Shown one piece after another: positions 9,101-22,399 of a stretch of 64,000 nucleotides of DNA (the first letter of the stretch is position 1; every line of letters begins with the position of its first letter). Source of the DNA: Eledone cirrhosa (taxonomy: Eukaryota); NCBI GenBank assembly GCA_964016885.1, contig OZ024744.1, positions 9,300,001 to 9,364,000 on the forward strand. The letters are read 5' to 3'. The notes under the pieces were generated by a model. The model was not told where the DNA came from and searched no databases. It worked only from the letters and a program-made list of their open reading frames with translations. Both the position numbers and the translations under genes were made by a program.

Positions 9101-12075
9101 TGTTGTATGTGGTCCTAGATGTATGTATTACCTGCTTGTGTGTTGTATGTGGTCCTAGATATATGTATTACCTGGTTATGTGTTGTATGTGGTCCTAGAT
9201 ATGTGTATTACCTGGTTGTGTGTTGTATGTGGTCCTAGATGTATGTATTACCTGGTTATGTGTTGTATGTGGTCCTAGATGTATGTATTACCTGCTTGTG
9301 TGTTGTATGTGGTCCTGGATGTATGTATTACCTGGTTATGTGTTTTATGTGGTCCTAGATGTATGTATTACCTGCTTGTGTGTTGTATGTGGTCCTGGAT
9401 GTATGTATTACCTGCCTGTGTGTTGTATGTGGTCCTAGATGTGTGTATTACCTGCCTGTGTGTTGTATGTGGTCCTAGATGTATGTATTACCTGCTTGTG
9501 TGTTGTATGTGGTCCTAGATGTATATGCTACCTGGTTATGTGTTGTATGTGGTCCTAGATGTATGTATTACCTGCTCGTGTGTTGTATGTGGTCCTGGAT
9601 GTATGTATTACCTGGTTATGTGTTGTATGTGGTCATAGATGTGTGTATTACCTGCCTATGTGTTGTATGTGGTCCTAGATGTATGTATTACCTGCTTGTG
9701 TGTTGTATGTGGTCCTAGATGTATGTATTACCTGCTCGTGTGTTGTATGTGGTCCTAGATGTATGTATTACCTGCTTGTGTGTTGTATGTGGTCCTAGAT
9801 GTATGTATTACCTGGTTATGTGTTGTATGTGGTCCTAGATGTATGTATTACGTGGTTATGTGTTGTATGAGGTCCTAGATGTGTGTATTACCTGGTTATG
9901 TATTGTATGTGTTCCTAGATGTATATATTACCTGCTTGTGTGTTGTATGTGGTCCTAGATGTGTGTATTACTTGGTTATGTATTGTATGTGGTCCTAGAT
10001 GTATGTATTACCTGCTTGTATGTTGCATGTGGTCCTAGATGTGTGTATTACCTGGTTATGTGTTGTATGTGGTCCTAGATGTATGTATTACCTGCTTGTG
10101 TGTTGTATGTGGTCCTAGATGTATGTATTACCTGGTTATGTGTTGTATGTGGTCCTAGATGTATGTATTACCTGCTTGTGTGTTGTATGTGGTCCTAGAT
10201 GTATGTATTACCTGCCTGTGTGTTGTATGTGGTCCTAGATGAATGTATTACCTGGTTAAGTTTTGTCTGTGGTCCTAGATGTATGTATTACCTGCCTGTG
10301 TGTTGTATGTGGTCCTAGATGTATGTATTACCTGGTTATGTGTTGTATGTAGTCCTAGATGTGTGTATTACCTGGTTTTGTGTTGTATGTGGTCCTAGAT
10401 GTATGTATTACCTGCTTGTGTGTTGTATGTGGTCCAGGATGTATGTATTACCTGGTTATGTGTTTATGTAGTCCTAGATGTATGTATTACCTGCCTGTGT
10501 GTTGTATGTAGTCCTAGATGTGTGTATTACCTGCCTGTGTGTTGTATGTGGTCCTAGATGTATGTATTACCTGCTTGTGTGTTGTATGTGGTCCTGGATG
10601 TATGTATTACCTGGTTATGTGTTGTATGTGGTCCTAGATGTGTGTATTACCTGCCTGTGTGTTGTATGTGGTCCTAGATGTATGTATTACCTGGTTGTGT
10701 GTTCTATGTGGTCCTAGATGTATGTATTACCTGCTTGTGTGTTGTATGTAGTCCTAGATGTATGTATTACCTGGTTATGTGTTGTATGTGGTCCTAGATG
10801 TATGTATTACCTGGTTATGTGTTGTATGTGGTCCTAGATGTATGTATTACCTGGTTATGTGTTGTATCTGATCCTAGATGTATGTATTACCTGTTTCTGT
10901 GTTGTATGTGGTCCTAGATGTATGTGCTACCTGCCTGTGTGTTGTATGTGGTCCTAGATGTATGTATTACCTGGTAATGTGTTGTATGTAGTCCTAGATG
11001 TATGTATTACCTGGTTATGTGTTGTATGTGGTCCTAGATGTGTGTATTACCTGGTTGTGTGTTGTATGTGGTCCTAGATGTATGTATTACCTGCCTGTGT
11101 GTTGTATGTTGTCCTAGATGTGTGTATTACCTGCTTGTGTGTTGTATATGGTCCTGGATGTGTGTATTAACTGCTTGTGTGATGTATGTAATCCTAGATG
11201 TATGTACTACCTGGTTATGTGTTGTATGTGGTCCTAGATGTATGTATTACCTGCTTGTGTGTTGTATGTGCTCCTAGATGTATGTATTACCTGGTTGTGT
11301 GTTCTATGTAGTCCTAGATGTGTGTATTACCTGGTTATGTGGTGTATGTAGTCCTAGATGAATGTATTACCTGCTTGTGTGTTGTATGTGGTCCTAGATG
11401 TATGTATTACCTGGTTATGTGTTGTATGTGGTCCTAGATGTATGTATTACCTGCTTGTGTGTTGTATGTGGTCCTAGATGTATGTATTACCTGCCTGTGT
11501 GTTGTATGTGGTCCTAGATGTATGTATTACTTGGTTATGTGTTGTATGTGGTCCTAGATGTTGTTATAACCTGCCTGTCGTTGTATGTGGTCCTAGATGT
11601 GTGTATTACCTGCCTGTGTGTTGTATGTAGTCCTAGATGTATGTATTACCTGGTTATGTGTTGTATGTGGTCCTAGATGTATGTATTACCAGCCTGTGTG
11701 TTGTATGTGGTCCTAGATGTATGTATTACCTGGTTTTGTGTTGTATGTGGTCCTAGATGTGTTATTACCTGCTTGTATGTTATATGTGGTCCTAGATGTG
11801 TGTATTACTTGCTTGTGTGTTCTATGTAGTCCTAGATGTATGTATTACCTGCTGGTGTGTTGTATGTGGTCCTGGATGTATGTATTACCTGCTTGTGTGT
11901 TGTATGTGGTCCTAGATGTGTGTATTACCTGCCTGTGTGTTGTATGTGGTCCTAGATGTATGTATTATCTGGTTGTGTGTTCTATGTGGTCCTAGATGTA
12001 TGTATTAACTTATTTTGTTTTGTACGTAGTTCTAGATGTATGTATTACCTGGCTATGTGTTGTATGTGGTCCTAG

Positions 12076-15000
12076 ATGTATGTATTACCTGCTTGTGTGT
12101 TGTATGTGGTCCTAGATGTATGTATTACCTGGTTATGTGTTGTATGTGGTCCTAGATGTATGTATTACCTGGTTATGTGTTGTATCTGGTCCTAGATGTA
12201 TGTATTACCTGTTTCTGTGTTGTATGTGGTCCTAGATGTATGTGCTACCTGGTTATGTGTTGTATGTGGTCCTAGATGTATGTATTACCTGCTTGTGTAT
12301 TGTATGTGGTCTTAGATGTGTGTATTACCTGGTTATGTGTTGTATGTAGTCTTATGTGTATTTATTACGTGCTTGTGTGTTGTATGTGGTCCTAGATGTG
12401 TGTATTACCTGCTTGTGTGTTGTATGTAGTCCTAGATGTGTGTATTACCTGGTTATGTGTTGTATATTGTCATAGATGTGTGTATTACCTGCTTGTGTGT
12501 TGTATGTGGTCCTAGATGTGTGTATTACTTGCTTGTGTGTTGTATGTAGTCCTAGATGTATATACTACCTGGTTATGTGTTGTATGTAGTCCTAGATGTG
12601 TGTATTACCTGCTTCTTTGTTGTATGTGGTCCTAGATGTATGTATTACCTACTGCTGTGTTGTATATGGTCCTAGATGTGTGTATTACCTGCTTGTGTGT
12701 TGTATGTGGTCCTAGATGTATGTATTACCTGGTTGTGTGTTCTATGTAGTCCTAGATGTATGTATTACCTGGTTATGTGTTGTATGTGGTCCTAGATGTA
12801 TGTATTACCTGTTTCTGTGTTGTACGTGGTCCTAGATGCATGTATTACCTGGTTATGTGTTGTATGTGGTGCTAGATGTATGTATTACCTGCTTGTGTGT
12901 TGTATGTGGCCCTATATGTGTGTATTACCTGCTTGTGTGTTGTATGTGGTCCTAGATGTATGTATTACCTGCTTGTGTGTTGTATGTAGTCCTAGATGTA
13001 TGTATTACCTGCTTGCCTTGTGTGTTGTATGTAGTCCTAGATCTATGTATTACCTGCCTGTGTGTTGTATGTGGTCCTAGATGTATGTATTACCTGCTTG
13101 TGTGTTGTATGTAGTCTTAGATGTATGTATTCCCTGCTTGTGTGTTGTATGTAGTCCTAGATGTATGTATTACCTGCTTGTGTGTTGTATGTGGTCCTAG
13201 ATGTGTGTATTACCTGTCTGTGTGTTGTATGTGGTCCTAGATGTATGTATTACCTGCTTGTGTGTTGTATGTAGTCCTAGATGTATGTATTACCTGCTTG
13301 CCTTGTGTGTTGTATGTAGTCCTAGATGTATGTATTACCTGCTTGTGTGTTGTATGTTATCTTATGTGTATTTATTACGTGCTTGTGTGTTGTATGTGGT
13401 CCTAGATGTGTGTATTACCTGCTTGTGTGTTGTATGTGGTCCTAGATGTGTGTATTACCTGGTTATGTGTTGTATATTGTCATAGATGTGTGTATTACCT
13501 GCTTGTGTGTTGTATGTGGTCCTAGATATGTGTATTACTTGCTTGTGTGTTGTATGTAGTCCTAGATGTATATACTACCTGGTTATGTGTTGTATGTAGT
13601 CCTAGATGTCTGTATTACCTGCTTCTTTGTTGTATGTGGTCCTAGATGTATGTATTACCTACTGCTGTGTTGTATATGGTCCTAGATGTGTGTATTACCT
13701 GCTTGTGTGTTGTATGTGGTCCTAGATGTATGTATTACCTGGTTGTGTGTTCTATGTAGTCCTAGATGTATGTATTACCTGGTTATGTGTTGTATGTGGT
13801 CCTAGATGTATGTATTACCTGTTTCTGTGTTGTACGTGGTCCTAGATGCATGTATTACCTGGTTATGTGTTGTATGTGGTGCTAGATGTATGTATTACCT
13901 GCTTGTGTGTTGTATGTGGCCCTATATGTGTGTATTACCTGCTTGTGTGTTGTATGTGGTCCTAGATGTATGTATTATCTGGTTATGTGTTGTATGTAAT
14001 CCTAGATGTATGTACTACCTGGTTATGTGTTGTATGTGGTCCTAGATGTATGTATTACCTGCTTGTGTGTTGTATGTGGTCCTAGATGTATGTATTACCT
14101 GGTTGTGTATTCTATGTAGTCCTAGATGTATGTATTACCTGGTTATGTGTTGTATGTAGTCCTATATGTGTGTATTACGTGGTTATGTGGTGTATGTAGT
14201 CCTAGATGTATGTATTACCTGCTTGTGTGTCGTATGTGGTCCTAGATGTATGTATTACTTGGTTATGTGTTGTATGTGGTCCTAGATGTTGTTATAACCT
14301 GCCTGTTGTTGTATGTGGTCCTAGAAGTGTGTATTACCTGCCTGTGTGTTGTATGTAGTCCTAGATGTATGTATTACCTACTGCTGTGTTGTATATGGTC
14401 CTAGATGTGTGTATTACCTGCTTGTGTGTTGTATGTGGTCCTAGATGTATGTATTACCTGGTTGTGTGTTCTATGTAGTCCTAGATGTATGTATTACCTG
14501 GTTATGTGTTGTATGTGGTCCTAGATGTATGTATTACCTGCTTGTGTGTTGTATGTGGTCCTAGATATATGTATTACCTGGTTGTGTGTTCTATGTAGTC
14601 CTAGATGTATGTATTACCTGGTTATGTGTTGTATGTAGTCCTAGATGTATGTATTACCTGCTTGTGTGTTGTATGTGGTCCTAGATGTATGTATTACTTG
14701 GTTATGTGTTGTATGTGGTCCTAGATGTTGTTATAACCTGTCTGTTGTTGTATGTGGTCCTAGATGTGTGTATTACCTGCTTGTGTGTTGTATGTAGTCC
14801 TAGATGTATGTATTACCTGGTTATGTGTTGGATGTAGTCCTAGATGTATATACTACATGGTTATGTGTTGTATGTGGTCCTAGATGTATGTATTACCTGG
14901 TTATGTGTTGTATGTAGTGCTAGATGTGTGTATTACCTGGTTATGTGGTGTATGTAGTCATAGATGTATGTATTACCTGCTTGTGTGTTGTATGTGGTCC

Positions 15001-18000
15001 TAGATGTATGTATTACCTGCTTGTGTGTTGTATGTGGTCCTAGATGTATGTATTACCTGGTTATGTGTTGTATGTAGTCCTAGATCTGTGTATTACCTGA
15101 TTATGTGGTGTATGTAGTCCAAGATGTATGTATTACCTGCTTGTGTGTTGTAAGTGGTGATAGATGTATGTATTACTTGGTTATGTGTTGTATGTGGTCC
15201 TAGATGTTGTTATAACCTGCCTGCTGTTGTATGTGGTCCTAGATGTGTGTATTAACTGCTTGTGTGTTGTATGTGGTCCTAGATGTATGTATTACCTGGT
15301 TATGTATTGTATGTGGTCCTAGATGTGTGTATTACCTGCTTGTGTGTTGTATGTGGCCTTAGATGTGTGTATTACCTGCTTGTGTGTTGTATGTGGCCCT
15401 AGATGTGTGTATTACCTGCTTGTGTGTTGTATGTTGTCCTAGATGTGTGTATTCCCTGCTTGTGTGTTTTATGTGGTCCTAGATGTATGTATTACCTGCT
15501 TGTGTGTTGTATGTGGTCCTAGATGTATGTATTACCTGGTTATGTGTTGTATGTGGTCCTAGATGTATGTATTACCTGGTTATGTGTTGTATCTGGTCCT
15601 AGATGTATGTATTACCTGTTTCTGTGTTGTATGTGGTCCTAGATGTATGTGCTACCTGGTTATGTGTTGTATGTGGTCCTAGATGTATGTATTACCTGCT
15701 TGTGTATTGTATGTGGTCTTAGATGTGTGTATTACCTGGTTATGTGTTGTATGTAGTCTTATGTGTATTTATTACGTGCTTGTGTGTTGTATGTGGTCCT
15801 AGATGTGTGTATTACCTGCTTGTGTGTTGTATGTAGTCCTAGATGTGTGTATTACCTGGTTATGTGTTGTATATTGTCATAGATGTGTGTATTACCTGCT
15901 TGTGTGTTGTATGTGGTCCTAGATGTGTGTATTACTTGCTTGTGTGTTGTATGTAGTCCTAGATGTATATACTACCTGGTTATGTGTTGTATGTAGTCCT
16001 AGATGTGTGTATTACCTGCTTCTTTGTTGTATGTGGTCCTAGATGTATGTATTACCTACTGCTGTGTTGTATATGGTCCTAGATGTGTGTATTACCTGCT
16101 TGTGTGTTGTATGTGGTCCTAGATGTATGTATTACCTGGTTGTGTGTTCTATGTAGTCCTAGATGTATGTATTACCTGGTTATGTGTTGTATGTGGTCCT
16201 AGATGTATGTATTACCTGTTTCTGTGTTGTACGTGGTCCTAGATGCATGTATTACCTGGTTATGTGTTGTATGTGGTGCTAGATGTATGTATTACCTGCT
16301 TGTGTGTTGTATGTGGCCCTATATGTGTGTATTACCTGCTTGTGTGTTGTATGTGGTCCTAGATGTATGTATTACCTGCTTGTGTGTTGTATGTAGTCCT
16401 AGATGTATGTATTACCTGCTTGCCTTGTGTGTTGTATGTAGTCCTAGATCTATGTATTACCTGCCTGTGTGTTGTATGTGGTCCTAGATGTATGTATTAC
16501 CTGCTTGTGTGTTGTATGTAGTCTTAGATGTATGTATTCCCTGCTTGTGTGTTGTATGTAGTCCTAGATGTATGTATTACCTGCTTGTGTGTTGTATGTG
16601 GTCCTAGATGTGTGTATTACCTGTCTGTGTGTTGTATGTGGTCCTAGATGTATGTATTACCTGCTTGTGTGTTGTATGTAGTCCTAGATGTATGTATTAC
16701 CTGCTTGCCTTGTGTGTTGTATGTAGTCCTAGATGTATGTATTACCTGCTTGTGTGTTGTATGTTATCTTATGTGTATTTATTACGTGCTTGTGTGTTGT
16801 ATGTGGTCCTAGATGTGTGTATTACCTGCTTGTGTGTTGTATGTAGTCCTAGATGTGTGTATTACCTGGTTATGTGTTGTATATTGTCATAGATGTGTGT
16901 ATTACCTGCTTGTGTGTTGTATGTGGTCCTAGATATGTGTATTACTTGCTTGTGTGTTGTATGTAGTCCTAGATGTATATACTACCTGGTTATGTGTTGT
17001 ATGTAGTCCTAGATGTCTGTATTACCTGCTTCTTTGTTGTATGTGGTCCTAGATGTATGTATTACCTACTGCTGTGTTGTATATGGTCCTAGATGTGTGT
17101 ATTACCTGCTTGTGTGTTGTATGTGGTCCTAGATGTATGTATTACCTGGTTGTGTGTTCTATGTAGTCCTAGATGTATGTATTACCTGGTTATGTGTTGT
17201 ATGTGGTCCTAGATGTATGTATTACCTGTTTCTGTGTTGTACGTGGTCCTAGATGCATGTATTACCTGGTTATGTGTTGTATGTGGTGCTAGATGTATGT
17301 ATTACCTGCTTGTGTGTTGTATGTGGCCCTATATGTGTGTATTACCTGCTTGTGTGTTGTATGTGGTCCTCGATGTATGTATTATCTGGTTATGTGTTGT
17401 ATGTAATCCTAGATGTATGTACTACCTGGTTATGTGTTGTATGTGGTCCTAGATGTATGTATTACCTGCTTGTGTGTTGTATGTGGTCCTAGATGTATGT
17501 ATTACCTGGTTGTGTATTCTATGTAGTCCTAGATGTATGTATTACCTGGTTATGTGTTGTATGTAGTCCTATATGTGTGTATTACGTGGTTATGTGGTGT
17601 ATGTAGTCCTAGATGTATGTATTACCTGCTTGTGTGTCGTATGTGGTCCTAGATGTATGTATTACTTGGTTATGTGTTGTATGTGGTCCTAGATGTTGTT
17701 ATAACCTGCCTGTTGTTGTATGTGGTCCTAGAAGTGTGTATTACCTGCCTGTGTGTTGTATGTAGTCCTAGATGTATGTATTACCTACTGCTGTGTTGTA
17801 TATGGTCCTAGATGTGTGTATTACCTGCTTGTGTGTTGTATGTGGTCCTAGATGTATGTATTACCTGGTTGTGTGTTCTATGTAGTCCTAGATGTATGTA
17901 TTACCTGGTTATGTGTTGTATGTGGTCCTAGATGTATGTATTACCTGCTTGTGTGTTGTATGTGGTCCTAGATATATGTATTACCTGGTTGTGTGTTCTA

Positions 18001-18889
18001 TGTAGTCCTAGATGTATGTATTACCTGGTTATGTGTTGTATGTAGTCCTAGATGTATGTATTACCTGCTTGTGTGTTGTATGTGGTCCTAGATGTATGTA
18101 TTACTTGGTTATGTGTTGTATGTGGTCCTAGATGTTGTTATAACCTGTCTGTTGTTGTATGTGGTCCTAGATGTGTGTATTACCTGCTTGTGTGTTGTAT
18201 GTAGTCCTAGATGTATGTATTACCTGGTTATGTGTTGGATGTAGTCCTAGATGTATATACTACATGGTTATGTGTTGTATGTGGTCCTAGATGTATGTAT
18301 TACCTGGTTATGTGTTGTATGTAGTGCTAGATGTGTGTATTACCTGGTTATGTGGTGTATGTAGTCATAGATGTATGTATTACCTGCTTGTGTGTTGTAT
18401 GTGGTCCTAGATGTATGTATTACCTGCTTGTGTGTTGTATGTGGTCCTAGATGTATGTATTACCTGGTTATGTGTTGTATGTAGTCCTAGATCTGTGTAT
18501 TACCTGATTATGTGGTGTATGTAGTCCAAGATGTATGTATTACCTGCTTGTGTGTTGTAAGTGGTGATAGATGTATGTATTACTTGGTTATGTGTTGTAT
18601 GTGGTCCTAGATGTTGTTATAACCTGCCTGCTGTTGTATGTGGTCCTAGATGTGTGTATTAACTGCTTGTGTGTTGTATGTGGTCCTAGATGTATGTATT
18701 ACCTGGTTATGTATTGTATGTGGTCCTAGATGTGTGTATTACCTGCTTGTGTGTTGTATGTGGCCTTGGATGTGTGTATTACCTGCTTGTGTGTTGTATG
18801 TGGCCCTAGATGTGTGTATTACCTGCTTGTGTGTTGTATGTTGTCCTAGATGTGTGTATTCCCTGCTTGTGTGTTTTATGTGGTCCTAG
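12076..18889 (+). repeat. Two-copy tandem duplication within the satellite, period 3407 bp
   Basis: Identical or near-identical ORFs at 12796/16203, 13201/16608 and 13806/17213 (all offset 3407). Rare variants recur in the same order. Confidence 0.9.
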
Positions 18890-21800
18890 ATGTATGTATT
18901 ACCTGCTTATGTGTTGTATGTGGTCGAAGATGTATGTATTACCTGCCAGTGTGTTGTATGCGGTCCTAGATGTATGTATTACCTACTGGTGTGTTGTATG
19001 TGGCCCTAGATGTGTGTATTACCTGGTTATGTGTTGTATGTAGTCCTAGATGTGTGTATTACCCGCTTGTATGTTGTATATAGTCCTAGATGTATGTATT
19101 ACCTGCTTGTGTGTTGTATGTAGTCCTAGATGTGTGTATTACCTGCTTGTGTGTTGTATGTGGCCTTAGATGTGTGTATTACCTGCTTGTGTGTTGCATG
19201 TGGCCCTAGATGTGTGTATTACCTGGTTATGTGTTGTATGTAGACTTATGTGTATTTATTACGTGCTTGTGTGTTGTATGTGGTCCTAGATGTGTGTATT
19301 ACTTGCTTATGTGTTCTATGTAGTCCTAGATGTATGTATTACCTGGTTATGTGTTGTATGTAGTGATAGATGTATGTATTACTTGGTTATGTGTTGTATG
19401 TGGTCCTAGATGTGTGTATTACCTGCTTGTGTGTCCTAGATAATGTATTACCTGCTTGTGTGTTGTATGTGTTCCTATATGTGTGTATTACCTGCTTGTG
19501 TGTTGTATGTAGTCCTAGATGTATGTATTACCTGCTTGTGTGTTGTATGTAGTCCTTGATGTATGTATTACCTGCTTGTGTGTTGTATGTAGTCCTAGAT
19601 GTGTGTATTACCTGCTTGTGTGTTGTATGTGGCCCTAGATGTGTGTATTACCTGCTTGTGTGTTGTATGTGACCCTAGATGTGTGTATTACCTGGTTATG
19701 TGTTCCATGTAGTCCTAGATGTGTGTATTACCTGCTTGTATGTTGTATATAGTCCTAGATGTATGTATTACCTGCTTGTGTGTTGTATGTAGTCCTAGAT
19801 GTGTGTATTACCTGCTTCTGTGTTGTATGTGGCCTTAGATGTGTGTATTACCTGCTTGTGTGTTGTATGTGGTCCTAGATGTGTGTATTCCCTGCTTGTG
19901 TGTTGTATGTGGTCCTAGATGTATGTATTACCTGCTTATGTGTTGTATGTGGTGCAAGATGTATGTATTACCTGCCTGTGTGTTGTATGTGGTCCTAGAT
20001 GTATGTATTACCTACTGGTGTGTTGTATGTGGTCCTAGATGTGTGTATTACCTGCTTGTGTGTTGTATGTGGTCCTAGATGTATGTATTACCTGGTTATG
20101 TGTTGTATGTAGTCCTAGATGTATGTATTACCTGGTTATGTGTTGTATGTGGTCCTAGATGTTGTTATAACCTGCCTGTTTTTGTATGTGGTCCTAGAAG
20201 TGTGTATTACCTGCCTGTGTGTTGTATGTAGTCCTAGATGTATGTATTACCTGGTTATGTGTTGTATGTGGTCCTAGATGTATGTATTACCAGCCTGTGT
20301 GTTGTATGTGGTCCTAGATGTATGTATTACCTGGTTATGTGTTGTATGTGGTCCTAGATGTGTTATTACCTGCTTGTATGTTTTATGTGGTCCTAGATGT
20401 GTGTATTACTTGCTTGTGTGTTCTATGTAGTCCTAGATGTATGTATTACCTGCTGGTGTGTTGTATGTGGTCCTGGATGTATGTATTACCTGCTTGTGTG
20501 TTGTATGTGGTTCTAGATGTATGTATTACCTGGTTATGTGTTGTATGTGGTCCTAGATGTATGTATTACCTGGTTATGTTTTGTATGTAGTCCTAGATGT
20601 ATGTACTACCTGGTTATGTGTTGTATGTGGTCCTAGATGTATGTATTACCTGCTTGTGTGTTGTATGTGGTCCTAGATATATGTATTACCTGGTTGTGTG
20701 TTCTATGTAGTCCTAGATGTATGTATTACCTGGTTATGTGTTGTATGTAGTCCTAGATGTATGTATTACCTGCTTGAGTGTTGTATGTGGTCCTAGATGT
20801 ATGTATTACTTGGTTATGTGTTGTATGTGGTCCTAGATGTTGTTATAACCTGTCTGTTGTTGTATGTGGTCCTAGATGTGTGTATTACCGGCTTGTGTGT
20901 TGTATGTAGTCCTAGATGTATGTATTACCTGGTTATGTGTTGTATGTAGTCCTAGATGTATGTACTACCTGGTTATGTGTTGTATGTGGTCCTAGATGTA
21001 TGTATTACCAGGTTGTATGTACTATGTAGTCCTAGATGTATGTATTACCTGGTTATGTGTTGTATGTAGTCCTAGATGTGTGTATTACCTGGTTATGTGG
21101 TGTATGTAGTCATAGATGTATGTATTACCTGCTTGTGTGTTGTATGTGGTCCTAGATGTATGTATTACTTGGTTATGTGTTGTATGTGGTCCTAGATGTT
21201 GTTATAACCTGTCTGTTGTTGTATGTGGTCCTAGATGTGTGTATTACCTGCTTGTGTGTTGTATGTGGTCCTAGATGTATGTATTACCTGGTTATGTGTT
21301 GTATGTGGTCCTAGATGTGTTATTACCTGCTTGTATGTTATATGTGGTCCTAGATGTGTGTATTACTTGCTTGTGTGTTCTATGTAGTCCTAGATGTATG
21401 TATTACCTGGTTATGTGTTGTATGTAGTCATAGATGTATGTATTACTTGGTTATGTGTTGTATGTGTTCCTAGATGTGTGTATTACCTGCTTGTGTGTCC
21501 TAGATGTATGTATTACCTGCTTGTGTGTTGTATGTGTTCCTATATGTGTGTATTACCTGTTTGTGTGTTGTATGTAGTGTTAGATGTATGTATTACCTGC
21601 CTGTGTGTTGTATGTGGTCCTAGATGTATGTATTACCTGCTTGTGTGTTGTATGTAGTCCTTGATGTATGTATTACCTGCTTGTGTGTTGTATGTAGTCC
21701 TAGATGTGTGTATTACCTCCTTGTGTGTTGTATGTGGCCCTAGATGTGTGTATTACCTGCTTGTGTGTTGTATGTGGCTCTAGATGTGTGTATTACCTGG

Positions 21801-22399
21801 TTATGTGTTGTATGTAGTCCTAGATGTATGTATTACCCGCTTGTATGTTGTATATAGTCCTAGATGTATGTATTACCTGCTTGTGTGTTGTATGTAGTCC
21901 TAGATGTGTGTATTACCTGCTTGTGTGTTGTATGTGGCCTTAGATGTGTGTATTACCTGCTTGTGTGTTGTATGTGGCCCTAGATGTGTGTATTACCTGC
22001 TTGTGTGTTGTATGTGGTCCTAGATGTGTGTATTCCCTGCTTGTGTGTTGTATGTGGTCCTACATGTATGTATTACCTGCTTATGTGTTGTATGTGGTCG
22101 AAGATGTATGTATTACCTGCCAGTGTGTTGTATGCGGTCCTAGATGTATGTATTACCTACTGGTGTGTTGTATGTGGTCCTAGATGTGTGTATTACCTGC
22201 TTGTGTGTTGTATGTGGTCCTAGATGTATGTATTACATGGTTATGTGTTGTATGTGGTCCTAGATGTATCTATTACCTGGTTATGTGTTGTATGTGGTCC
22301 TGGATGTATGTATTACCTGCCTGTGTGTTGTATGTGTTTCTAGATGTATGTATTACCTGGTTATGTGTTGTATGTGGTCCTAGATGTATGTATTACCTG

